From: an uncultured bacterium
GTDB lineage: Bacteria > Auribacterota > Erginobacteria > Erginobacterales > Erginobacteraceae
Length of the DNA stretch: 64,000 nt
NCBI GenBank assembly: GCA_963822585.1
Contig: CAWGIE010000019.1
Location: 384,001-448,000 of the forward strand
Direction: 5' to 3'
The notes under the pieces are model-generated. The model saw nothing but the letters and a program-made list of their open reading frames with translations, did not search any database and had not been told where the DNA came from. A program made the translations under genes and the position numbers. Within the stretch, counting starts at the first letter, position 1. Each line of letters begins with the position of its first letter. Below, piece by piece: positions 9,081 through 18,350 of this stretch.

Positions 9081-10150
9081 CAAAGCCACTTCTTCCGCCG
9101 GAAATAGAAGAGCATGCCGAGCACGACCAGGAGCATCAGGCCCAGGACCGCCGGGTACCCCCAGCGCCACCTGAGTTCGGGCATGTACTGGAAGTTCATC
9201 CCGTAAATGCCGGTAATGAAGGTGAGGGGGATGAAGATGGTGGCGATGACGGTCAGCACCTTCATCACCTCGTTCATCCGGTTGCTGAGGCTGGAGAGGT
9301 AGGTATCCACCATCCCCGAGGCCATGTCCCGATAAGTTTCAACGGTGTCGATGACCTGGATAGTGTGGGCGTAGACGTCTCGGAAGTAGATCCCCGTCGA
9401 TTCGGAAATAAGGGGCGATTCGCCTCTTTCCAGGCCGCTGATCTCCTCTCTCAGGGGCCAGATCGATTTTTTCAGCAGAAGAAGTTCTCTCTTGACGACC
9501 TGGATGGCCTGCAGTGACCGCGAGCCGGGCCGGGCGATGAGAACGTCTTCCAGGTCTTCTATGCGGTCTCCCAGTTTCTCCAGGATGGCGAAATAGTTGT
9601 CGACGATCATGTCGACCAGGGAATAAACCAGGTAGTCGGCGCCCTCTTTCCTGATCCGTCCCTTCTGCTCCCGCAGCCTTTTCCGGACGGGTTCGAATAT
9701 ATCACCGATTTTCTCCTGAAACGAGATAACGAAGCCGGCGCCGAGGATCAAGCTGACTTGTTCGATGACTATTTCCTTTTCCCGGTCATCATAGGAAAGC
9801 ATCTTCAACACCAGGAAGATATATTGGCCGAAGTCTTCCATCTTCGGGCGCTGACCCGTGTGGACGATATCTTCCAGAACCAGAGGGTGAAGACCGAAAT
9901 GTTTCCCGATCTGATCGATAACCGAGACCTGGCGCAGACCGTCGACATTTATCCAGGTTATCGTCGGCCGGTCTTTAAACGGGAAACAGTCTTCGACGGC
10001 GGAGACTTCTTCCTCCCGGAACTTCGACTCATCGTAATCGATAATGGTAATCCGGGGCGCTGCTTCTTCCTTATCGGCGGCGCCGGCCGAAGTACCGCGA
10101 TGGATGCCGATCTTTTTTGCCGTTCTTTTTTGTCTCTTTGACACCGTCAT
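9080..10150 (-). CDS. corA: Magnesium/cobalt transporter CorA
   Basis: TWINVDGL, FGLHPLVLED, QRPKMED, NRMNEVMKVLT, GIYGMNF..MPEL signature. Confidence 0.97.
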   Translation of the reverse strand: MTVSKRQKRTAKKIGIHRGTSAGAADKEEAAPRITIIDYDESKFREEEVSAVEDCFPFKDRPTITWINVDGLRQVSVIDQIGKHFGLHPLVLEDIVHTGQRPKMEDFGQYIFLVLKMLSYDDREKEIVIEQVSLILGAGFVISFQEKIGDIFEPVRKRLREQKGRIRKEGADYLVYSLVDMIVDNYFAILEKLGDRIEDLEDVLIARPGSRSLQAIQVVKRELLLLKKSIWPLREEISGLERGESPLISESTGIYFRDVYAHTIQVIDTVETYRDMASGMVDTYLSSLSNRMNEVMKVLTVIATIFIPLTFITGIYGMNFQYMPELRWRWGYPAVLGLMLLVVLGMLFYFRRKKWL

Positions 10151-10170
10151 CCGTTTACTTGTATCCTGGT

Positions 10171-11574
10171 TTACTCCTTCACTATCCGGTAGGTCGGATA
10201 GGCGAAATTGACCTTTTCCTCTTTCTCAAAGTCCTCCAGTATTCTCCGTGAAAATTCGTCTTCGGTGGAACGCCTCTTCCTGGCTTCGGTCAGGTATCTC
10301 AGCGTGAGTTCCACCCCGCTGTCCTTGATATTCACATAAACGATCGGCGACAGCTTCCCATAATGAATCATGTACCTGCGAGACATCCTTTTAATTTTCC
10401 TCTTGACGATCTCTTCCATCCCCTCCGCCCGGGCAACGGCGTGGCGGAGCATGATCTCCTCCGCCCGTTTCCAATCGCTCTCGAAAGTGACCAGAACCTT
10501 GAGCTCGTTCCAGATGTACTCGAAGCCGCGACTGTAATTAAAACTGGGCTTTTTAAAAACGGCGCTGTTGGGAACGTTAACGATCCTCCCCGTGCTCTGG
10601 TCGGCATTCACCCAGTTGCCGATCTCCAGGAGAGAAGTCTGCAGGATCTGGATGTCGATGACATCACCCTTGACATCTCCGAACTCAATCCGGTCCCCCA
10701 CCTCGAAAGGACGGCGCATCATGATAACCAGCCAACCGGCCGTACAGAGGATGACCTCCTGGAGAGCCAGGGCCACCCCGGCGCCGACCGCGCTGATGAA
10801 GATGGTGATGGAGCTGATGTGCTGGAGCCAGATGAAGATAATCAGGAGGATGATCAGGAGGTTAAGGAAGTAAATAACATTCTTCCTGATCAGGTGCTGC
10901 GTCCGGAGACCCTTGATCTGGCTGTTGATAAGCTTGATCAGGCCGAAGATCAGGAGATAACCGATCAGCAGTACCAGTCCGGTTTTGATCAGCTTGCTGT
11001 AAAGGGCGCCCTGCTGGCCGCGGCGCTCCTCTTCCACCCGGGCCACTCTTTCCCGGGCCAAGGCTAATTCGCGACCCGCCAGTTTAACCTGGTCCTGGGC
11101 GGTGGCCATTTTCTCCTCGGCAATCCGCGCCCTTTCCCGAGCGACGCGGGCTTCCGCTACCTCTTTTTCCGCCCGTGCGATCGCTTCCTGAATCTTTTCC
11201 TCGCTGACATTGGCTTTCTGTACAACCTCGGCTTCTTTTTTGGCCAGTATCGCTTCCTTTAATTCAGAGGCGGCCTTTTTCTTCTCAATCACCACCGACT
11301 GGGCCTGAAGTTCGGCCTCCTGTTGGGCCGAGTCGGCTTCCAGCCGGGCCGATTCGGCCTTTTCCTGGGCACTACTGACCTCGGTTGGAGGTGACTCCCG
11401 TTGCGGCATCGCCGCGGCCGAGGTCCGGGAAGGCGAGGCCGGGAAACTGGTCTGTTCCGGGACGGGGGAGGCCTCATCCGCGAAGGGGGCGGACGAAGGA
11501 AAGGATGATATGCCGGCCAGGAACAGCAACAGGCAGACGGCACGACTGATATTGTAAGATCGATCCAATATCAT
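10171..11574 (-). CDS. MscS-family mechanosensitive channel with signal peptide and N-terminal coiled coil
   Basis: GAGVALALQE, RPFEVGDRIEFGDVKGDVIDI, TGRIVNVPNS, FAYPT; Ala/Glu/Lys-rich N-terminal region. Confidence 0.92.
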   Translation of the reverse strand: MILDRSYNISRAVCLLLFLAGISSFPSSAPFADEASPVPEQTSFPASPSRTSAAAMPQRESPPTEVSSAQEKAESARLEADSAQQEAELQAQSVVIEKKKAASELKEAILAKKEAEVVQKANVSEEKIQEAIARAEKEVAEARVARERARIAEEKMATAQDQVKLAGRELALARERVARVEEERRGQQGALYSKLIKTGLVLLIGYLLIFGLIKLINSQIKGLRTQHLIRKNVIYFLNLLIILLIIFIWLQHISSITIFISAVGAGVALALQEVILCTAGWLVIMMRRPFEVGDRIEFGDVKGDVIDIQILQTSLLEIGNWVNADQSTGRIVNVPNSAVFKKPSFNYSRGFEYIWNELKVLVTFESDWKRAEEIMLRHAVARAEGMEEIVKRKIKRMSRRYMIHYGKLSPIVYVNIKDSGVELTLRYLTEARKRRSTEDEFSRRILEDFEKEEKVNFAYPTYRIVKE

Positions 11575-11585
11575 GGTCTTCCTCT

Positions 11586-12464
11586 TCAGGTGACGGAGAA
11601 ATATCCTATCATCTTATAGAGAAGCCGGGCAGCGAAAAAATCGGAGATGATGGAATCTCTCTGGGGACACAGTTCCACCAGATCGATTCCGACCACCGAT
11701 TTCCCGACTTCAGCAAGAGAGCGAAAAAGGTCCAACGCCTGGTACCAGCGCAGTCCTCCCGGTTCCGGTGTACCGACACCGGGCACCTCGGAGGGATCGA
11801 AGACGTCCATATCGACGGAAATGTACACCCGATCCGCGAGAGCGGCGGCAATCGCCGGCCAGGGATATCCCCGGCCGTCATATTCCCGGGCCGGATAAAG
11901 CAACACCCCCTCCGAGGCGACGTAATCCGCCTCTTCTTCCGAGAGGCTCCGAACACCGACCGAAACCAGGGGAAGGCCGAGTTCGCGGATACGCCGCATC
12001 ACGCAGGCATGAGAAAAACGGCTGCCCCCATAACTGTTCCGAAGATCGGCATGGGCGTCGAGATGGAGAATGCTGAACCCGGGGTTGAGTTCATTCAGCG
12101 CCTGAACGGCCCCCAGTGTAAGAGAGTGCTCCCCGCCCAGGCATACAGGCATCTTACCGTCCCCGGCAATAGAGTGGATCCTCTTCCGGACCGTCTCCAG
12201 GCAGTCTTCGAGTTCGCCCACGCAGTCAACGGGAGGATAGGTGTGAATGCCGGTCCGGTAAGGCGATCCGGCCAGTTCTTGATCATAAAGCTCCACCTGG
12301 CGGGAGGCGGCCAGGATCCGGGCGGGGCCGGCGGCGGTGCCGGGCAAAAAGGACACGGTCTTTTCCAGAGGGACGGGAACAATAGCAACACGGGCAGCAT
12401 CCGGCGCCACGAAGGGCTCCGGCTCGGTCCCATCGTCCAGAAATTGAGGATCGTACAGGGGGAT
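11586..12464 (-). CDS. speB: Agmatinase (ureohydrolase); start uncertain (ATC 12464 / ATT 12467 versus GTG 12410)
   Basis: GPARIL.AS, LGGEHSL, LHLDAHADLR, SVDMDVFDP, GVGTPEPGG, DLVELCP. Lies next to an arginine decarboxylase. Confidence 0.93.
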   Translation of the reverse strand: MPLYDPQFLDDGTEPEPFVAPDAARVAIVPVPLEKTVSFLPGTAAGPARILAASRQVELYDQELAGSPYRTGIHTYPPVDCVGELEDCLETVRKRIHSIAGDGKMPVCLGGEHSLTLGAVQALNELNPGFSILHLDAHADLRNSYGGSRFSHACVMRRIRELGLPLVSVGVRSLSEEEADYVASEGVLLYPAREYDGRGYPWPAIAAALADRVYISVDMDVFDPSEVPGVGTPEPGGLRWYQALDLFRSLAEVGKSVVGIDLVELCPQRDSIISDFFAARLLYKMIGYFSVT

Positions 12465-12470
12465 AATAAC

Positions 12471-12659
12471 TTAAAACCTCGTGTGAGACTTTCTCAATCT
12501 TCTGATCCGTTCGCGGGAACTGCTCCGATCCTTCCGGCCCCGCGGGTCTTCTTCACCGCGGAAACGCGAGCGATTTTTCTCCCGCTCATCGGGCGCGAAG
12601 TAGAGGTCTCCGTCTTCCAGATCGAGATATTCCTGATCGAGGTAATCCGGGCTCATCAT
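12471..12659 (-). CDS. Small hypothetical protein with acidic N-half and Arg-rich C-half
   Basis: 62-aa ORF with AAGG upstream, same frame as agmatinase and immediately upstream of it. Confidence 0.45.
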   Translation of the reverse strand: MMSPDYLDQEYLDLEDGDLYFAPDEREKNRSRFRGEEDPRGRKDRSSSRERIRRLRKSHTRF

Positions 12660-13030
12660 GGCACCTTAATAAACTGATTCCACAATTCAACCCCCTTATA
12701 AGCCTAATTGGATAAAATGCAACAAAAAATTTTCTAAAAAATGATTACGTTTCTCATCTCCGTTCCGATAAAAGTGATTGCATTTCCCTTCTAAACGTTA
12801 TACATAAATTCGGCATCTTTCTGCTTCGGAATTTCCCCGATAGCCAACGGGATTCCGATAACGATAACTTTTAAATAAATGAATCGGGACAATAAACCGC
12901 GGATTAAACGGATGACGCGGATTTTTCTTCAATCAGCATAATCCGCCCAATCCGCGGTTAAATAAGTTACGAAACAAAGTTTTATCGGCAACCGAAAAAA
13001 CGGACGCCGGACAAACAGAAAGGAATCGTC

Positions 13031-14062
13031 ATGCCGGGAAAGGATCTTTTACGGGATGAAGTGAAGCAGATCGATATCACCTCCTTTAATGCCGTCCCTC
13101 TCCTCGATGCTTTCGGAGAGACTGCCTTCCAAGCCCGAAACCTGTCCGCCGCCGCCGGCATCTATGACCGGATGATCGCCGATCGGGAGTGCTCCATCAT
13201 CCTCTGCCTGGCCGGCTCCCTTTTCAGCGCCGGATTGAAGAACGTCGTTCGCGACCTGGTCAGGTATAATATGGTCGACGCGATCGTTTCCACGGGGGCG
13301 ATCATCGTCGATCAGGACTTTTTCGAGGCCCTGGGATTTCGCCATTATCGGGGAAGCTGCCGGATCGATGACGAGATGCTGCGCCGGCAGATGATCGACC
13401 GCATCTACGACACGTTCATCGACGAGGAGGAACTCCGGGTCTGTGATCGGACCGTGGCGGAGATCGCCGACTCGCTCCCCCCCCGTCCTTACTCTTCCCA
13501 GCAATTCATCCGGGAGATGGGAAAATATCTCGAAGGAAAAGGCTGTGGAAAAGACTCGGTCATTCTCGAATGCCACCGGAAAGCCGTGCCGATTTTTGTC
13601 CCCGCTTTTTCAGACTGTTCAGCCGGTTTCGGCCTGGTCTCTCACCAGCATAAGCGGGGGGGGGAGGATACGGTCACGATCGACAGCGCCCGCGATTTTT
13701 TTGATCTGACCCGGATCAAGCTCGCCGCCGGAGAAACGGGACTGGTAATGATCGGCGGCGGCGTTCCCAAAAACTTCGCCCAGGATGTCGTCGTGGCGGC
13801 CGACATTCTGGAAAAGAACGCGAGCATGCACCGCTACGCAATTCAGATCACGGTGGCGGATGAACGGGACGGGGGGCTTTCCGGTTCCACGCTGAAGGAA
13901 GCCCATTCCTGGGGAAAGGTTGATGACGTCTTCGAGCAGATGGTATTCTCGGAAGCGACCATCGCCTTTCCCCTTCTGGCCAGCTATGTCTATCACCGGG
14001 GAAACTGGAAGGGGAGAGAACCGAAGGCATATGCCGATCTTCTGGAGGAGAAACAGCCATGA
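13031..14062 (+). CDS. Deoxyhypusine synthase-like protein (probable homospermidine synthase)
   Basis: [47 protein letters not shown] (catalytic Lys), EATIAFPL. Confidence 0.93.
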   Translation: MPGKDLLRDEVKQIDITSFNAVPLLDAFGETAFQARNLSAAAGIYDRMIADRECSIILCLAGSLFSAGLKNVVRDLVRYNMVDAIVSTGAIIVDQDFFEALGFRHYRGSCRIDDEMLRRQMIDRIYDTFIDEEELRVCDRTVAEIADSLPPRPYSSQQFIREMGKYLEGKGCGKDSVILECHRKAVPIFVPAFSDCSAGFGLVSHQHKRGGEDTVTIDSARDFFDLTRIKLAAGETGLVMIGGGVPKNFAQDVVVAADILEKNASMHRYAIQITVADERDGGLSGSTLKEAHSWGKVDDVFEQMVFSEATIAFPLLASYVYHRGNWKGREPKAYADLLEEKQP

Positions 14063-14601
14063 TTCCAAAAAGGTTCTTCCTGACCAAAGGCGCCGGCGTA
14101 CATAAAGACAAGCTGGCTTCTTTTGAGATGGCCCTGCGCAAGGCGGGGATCGAAAAATGCAACCTGGTCAATGTCTCCAGCATTTTGCCGCCGGGCTGTG
14201 AAAGAATGTCCATCCGGGAGGGGAAAAAACGCCTTCGGCCGGGCCAGATCGTCTTCGTGGTCATGGCCCGGAACGAAACCAACGAACCGAATCGCCTGGT
14301 CTCGTCCGCCATCGGTGTCGCGAAACCCGCCTTCAAAGAGGGCTACGGATACCTCTCCGAGCATCACGCCTTCGGGGAAACGGCACGGAAATCGGGTGAC
14401 TACGCCGAGGACCTGGCCGCCACGATGCTGGCTACCACTCTGGGAATCGAGTTTGACCCGGAAACAGCCTGGGACGAGAGAAAACAAATCTATCAGGCCT
14501 CCGGAAAAATCATCACCACCAGCAACATCTGCCAGTCGGCCGAAGGCCAGAAGACGGGACTCTGGACGACAACGATCGCCGCTGCCGTTTTCGTCGGCTA
14601 A
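14059..14601 (+). CDS. pdaD: Pyruvoyl-dependent arginine decarboxylase
   Basis: [31 protein letters not shown] (Ser-Ser autocleavage site), [26 protein letters not shown] overlap with the upstream gene. Confidence 0.95.
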   Translation: MIPKRFFLTKGAGVHKDKLASFEMALRKAGIEKCNLVNVSSILPPGCERMSIREGKKRLRPGQIVFVVMARNETNEPNRLVSSAIGVAKPAFKEGYGYLSEHHAFGETARKSGDYAEDLAATMLATTLGIEFDPETAWDERKQIYQASGKIITTSNICQSAEGQKTGLWTTTIAAAVFVG

Positions 14602-14669
14602 CCTCTTCATCCCTTCTTTTCTCGACCAAAAAGTTCACTCTCCAGGAAGGGGTCGAAGCCGGCGCGGCA

Positions 14670-15740
14670 GTGAACAGTCACAAAAGGGATGAACGGACGC
14701 GTACTGTGCTGGAGAATCAGCCTCACCGTCAGATTCCCGAGATACACCCCATGTCCATCCGAAGCGCTAAAACTCCCGGAAAACGGTTAAAAGCCTGGGA
14801 GCACCCTCTCGGCAAGATCAATCGGAAAGCACTGGCCCTGCCCGAGGCCCCCGATCTCCTCTTCCGGTTTGCCGTCTATGGTGATAACCAGCGGGGCATC
14901 CCCGTCCACCGGCGGATTGTGAAGGATATTCTTATCTCCGGGGCGGAGGTTGTTCTTCATACCGGCGATTATGTCAAAGACGGCGCCAGGAACGAAGAGT
15001 GGGAAGAGCAGTTCCTGGAACCGGCCCGGCCGCTCCTGGAGCAAACACTTTTCCTGGGCGTACTGGGGAACCACGATAAGGAGAGCCCCCGTTACTACGA
15101 GATCGTTCGGCCGCCCGGAGGGCTTCCCTGGTTCAAGGCGACCCATGGTCCGGTAGCCTTCTTCGGAGTCGACACCAACCAACGCCTTAAATCACCCTCC
15201 CCGCAGATCGATTGGCTGCAGGAGGAACTGGAAAAGTCTCACGAGAACTGGAAGATCGCCTTTCTGCATGAGGCACCCTATTCCTCTTCATGGCCCTATC
15301 CAGGTGGTGCCGTAAAAACCAGAAAATACGTCATGCCTCTCCTGGAGCAATACGGCGTCAACCTCGTCTTCGCCGGCCACATTCACAATTATGAGCGTTT
15401 TCATAAGGAGAAGATCGTTTATATCATCACGGGGGGAGGCGGGGACACCCTCTCCAAGCCGGACCAACTCCCTAATCCCTACAAGGTATGGACGGCCCGG
15501 ATGCATAACTTCGTGACCGCCGATGTTTATCCCGACCGGATCGTGATACTGGCCCGGGACGTCGGCGGCGTTCCTTTCGATGGCGTGATCGTCAGAAAAG
15601 GAGAGGAGCCCGAAGAGATCGACCTCCCTCATCGCCGAGGCTACGTTCCTTCCCGGTCGCCCCGGTTTCCCCGGTTCCATTCCCGAAATAACCGCGGGGA
15701 GATAATCGGAAACTGGAAGGCCCATAATCCGGGTTACTGA
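14670..15740 (+). CDS. Calcineurin-like metallophosphoesterase (purple acid phosphatase-like)
   Basis: YGDNQ, HTGDYV, GNHD, FLHEAPYS, FAGHIHNYER, YIITGGGG. Confidence 0.9.
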   Translation: MNSHKRDERTRTVLENQPHRQIPEIHPMSIRSAKTPGKRLKAWEHPLGKINRKALALPEAPDLLFRFAVYGDNQRGIPVHRRIVKDILISGAEVVLHTGDYVKDGARNEEWEEQFLEPARPLLEQTLFLGVLGNHDKESPRYYEIVRPPGGLPWFKATHGPVAFFGVDTNQRLKSPSPQIDWLQEELEKSHENWKIAFLHEAPYSSSWPYPGGAVKTRKYVMPLLEQYGVNLVFAGHIHNYERFHKEKIVYIITGGGGDTLSKPDQLPNPYKVWTARMHNFVTADVYPDRIVILARDVGGVPFDGVIVRKGEEPEEIDLPHRRGYVPSRSPRFPRFHSRNNRGEIIGNWKAHNPGY

Positions 15741-16035
15741 TTTTCGTTCAATGTATTATGACTAGTAAACTTGCTTGCGCGGCGAGCGACCTCTGCTTTT
15801 TCTTCTCCGGCAGGACCACGTTTTATTCTTCCTGGTAATGCTGCCGATAAAAGCAGATCTTTGGCTGTATTTCATTGTCAGAGAATTTTATAAAATTAAT
15901 ATCTTTTCGCATGGCTGTTCATTGAAGCTTGGTCATGGTTCAAAACTAACCCGATTTATGGAATAAATCGGGTTAACGACTGGAGAAGCCCGGAGCAGAC
16001 GGCAACCGATTAAGCGGATTGTATATCTATTCTCC

Positions 16036-18084
16036 TTATCTCGTTACCGGCAGGTCCCCGGAGGCGCCATAATAGATCCTCGGGAGACCATGGATCGCCC
16101 AGAGGCCGGATTCCTCCCGGAAGATGCCGATTTCATCACCTCCACCGCCTCCGTAATCCGCCGGGACAGGTTGATCGGCAAGGGCCCCGAAATAAGTTCT
16201 CACCATATCCTTCCCGGCCCAGAGACCGGAAGCGGACCGAAAGACGGCAGGGGACCAGGTCCCGTCACCGTTATAGTCACCCGGCACCGGAAGGTCCCCC
16301 TCCCCCCCGAAGTAGATCCGACCGGCGGAGCGAAGAGCCCAGAGTCCGGTACTCGCCCGGAAGATTCCGATATCATCCGTTCCGTCGCCGTCGTAATCAC
16401 CCGGCACCGGAAGGTCGTCCGGCCCCCCGAAATAAGCTCTGGTCACGCCGGGGACCGCCCAGAGACCGGAACCGGGCCGGAAGAGGGCCGGGTCGCAGGC
16501 CCCATCCCCGTCGTAGTCGGCGGGGACCGGCAAATCGGCGGACGTTCCGATGTAAAAACGGGTGACCCCCCGGACGATCCACGTCCCCGGCGAGGGGCGG
16601 AAGAGGGCGAGATCGGTGGTGCCATCTCCATCATAATCACCGCTGGCGGGAACGTCCCCCGGGGCCCCGAAATAAAGCCGCTTGATCCCTCTCACCGACC
16701 AGAGCCCGGTAGCGGGTCGAAAGACAGCTATATCGGAAAACCCGTCACCGTCGTAGTCTCCGGACCGGAGAATCGGATTCTCCGGGAGCGGGACCGGCGT
16801 GGCGGTCGGGCCCGGGGACGGGGTGGGTAAACCGCCGTTTTCCCGGACTTTCCAGACGTGGACGATCGGTTTGTCATCGTCAACCAGCGGCTCGAAGATA
16901 TAGAGATAGCCGTGCTCCCGGTCGAAAGTAGCCGCTTTCAGGTGATCGCGCATCTGAGGAGAGTCGATATGATAGAGCAGGCTGTCGATGTTCATCACCG
17001 CGTAGGGCTGCGGTTCATACGGCTCCATCTCCCCCAGTGCCACCGCCGCCAGGTCCGCCGGATCGAAAAAGATGATCTCCCCGTCGAAGTACGTCGACCA
17101 CCATCCCCGGTTGTCGCACTCCAGGCAGGGACCGGCCGGGTTGCCGTACCAGCAGTCGCCCCGACCCTTCGTCCCCGCGAAGATAACCGCCGAGTTCCCC
17201 CCCGCCGTCAGCCAGGCCGCTCCCGGCCACATGTCGGAGTGCTGATACCGGTCCATTGTGTACGCCCCACCGTTCGGGTCTTCCCAGTAGGAGGTTGAGT
17301 ACTGGAGGAGGGGAAGAGCATCGAGGACCGTGCCGGGGGCGGGCGGGTTCCCCGCCTGCCAGGGCGCGATCATATAGATGCAGGGGCCCTGCCCTCCCTG
17401 CCCCCCATCTCTCATCCTGCCCGTGGCCAGGCATCTGCCCCCGGCATAAGCGTCCGCCCATCCCTGGGGCACGGCGAAAAGGTAGTCGGTGGTGCTGTAG
17501 GTGTCGTAGTTTCCGATATACCAGGGGCCGGCCGGGTTCGGGGAGGAGAGATCAAGTTCACACCACCCGTGGGTGGGGTAGTGGGGATCGATCTGGAGAT
17601 GCTGGTGCCAGCCGAAGTACAGCCTCCCTCGCGTGCGCCCGCTCCCCGCCGTGAGATACTCCAGACCGCAGTAGGGTATCTCGAACCCGGGAAAGAGACC
17701 TTGCCGGATGTCCGCGAACGGCTGCAGGGTGGAGGCGGTGTTCAGATCGGAGAGACTCTTGCCCGGCGAGATGACCGGGACCGGGATGCTGATCTCGGAG
17801 ACGCGCTGATACCAGTCATGCCCGGTCCCGTATAGCGAGCCGGGGTAGCCGTCGGCGGGGCCGCCCGGGTCTCCCCCCGGGTAATAGGCCAGCGCGTTTC
17901 CTCCCCACCCCCACCCATTCTCCCCTCCCGGGCCCGGAAGGCGGAAGGCGCCCCGGTACTCGAGATCAGAAGGGTAGATGCGCCCGGCCGAGGCGGGAAG
18001 AGCAAGAAGGCCTGAGAGAAAAATGGCCACCAGCATAAAAAAAGAAAAGGAACCCCACTTCTGGCGCCTGAACAGCATCATCAT
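16036..18084 (-). CDS. Secreted protein: ~380-aa uncharacterised (probably beta-propeller) domain + Pro/Thr linker + six FG-GAP-like repeats ending PVTR
   Basis: Signal peptide. The RIYPSDLEYRGAFRLP...KPIVHVWKV domain is nearly identical to that of the next gene. Six GDYDGDG repeats. Confidence 0.85.
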   Translation of the reverse strand: MMMLFRRQKWGSFSFFMLVAIFLSGLLALPASAGRIYPSDLEYRGAFRLPGPGGENGWGWGGNALAYYPGGDPGGPADGYPGSLYGTGHDWYQRVSEISIPVPVISPGKSLSDLNTASTLQPFADIRQGLFPGFEIPYCGLEYLTAGSGRTRGRLYFGWHQHLQIDPHYPTHGWCELDLSSPNPAGPWYIGNYDTYSTTDYLFAVPQGWADAYAGGRCLATGRMRDGGQGGQGPCIYMIAPWQAGNPPAPGTVLDALPLLQYSTSYWEDPNGGAYTMDRYQHSDMWPGAAWLTAGGNSAVIFAGTKGRGDCWYGNPAGPCLECDNRGWWSTYFDGEIIFFDPADLAAVALGEMEPYEPQPYAVMNIDSLLYHIDSPQMRDHLKAATFDREHGYLYIFEPLVDDDKPIVHVWKVRENGGLPTPSPGPTATPVPLPENPILRSGDYDGDGFSDIAVFRPATGLWSVRGIKRLYFGAPGDVPASGDYDGDGTTDLALFRPSPGTWIVRGVTRFYIGTSADLPVPADYDGDGACDPALFRPGSGLWAVPGVTRAYFGGPDDLPVPGDYDGDGTDDIGIFRASTGLWALRSAGRIYFGGEGDLPVPGDYNGDGTWSPAVFRSASGLWAGKDMVRTYFGALADQPVPADYGGGGGDEIGIFREESGLWAIHGLPRIYYGASGDLPVTR

Positions 18085-18350
18085 CTATATCATTCCCTTC
18101 TCGGGTCCCCAGGTCGCACTGTAAGTATAGCATATGCCTGAGAGAAATGCCAGGGGATGATCTTCACGTTTTACCGGCGTGGGTATCTTGACGGGAACAA
18201 GTTCACGCAGAATATCTTTTTTCATACGCCGGTCTTCCAGAGCGGTGACAGAAGGCCCTTCCAGAGAATGGTGAAGCGCGCGACATTCGCAGCGCAGCTT
18301 AAAAGGGGCCGGGCAGGACTCCCGCTCCCTGATCACTGATTACGTATCTT

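Noticed and set aside
13031..14062. True eIF5A/EF-P hypusination enzyme
   Set aside because: No efp or IF5A gene is nearby, and the putrescine-pathway context favours polyamine synthesis. Not formally excluded.
16036..16760. Regular ~120-bp repeats (also at 18351-19080, 47686-48410, 56128-56860) as a CRISPR array
   Set aside because: They are degenerate, in-frame coding repeats with wobble-position variation. There are no unique spacers and no cas genes.
18085..18339. Short ORFs between the two paralogous surface genes
   Set aside because: No SD or recognisable motif in either direction; left uncalled.
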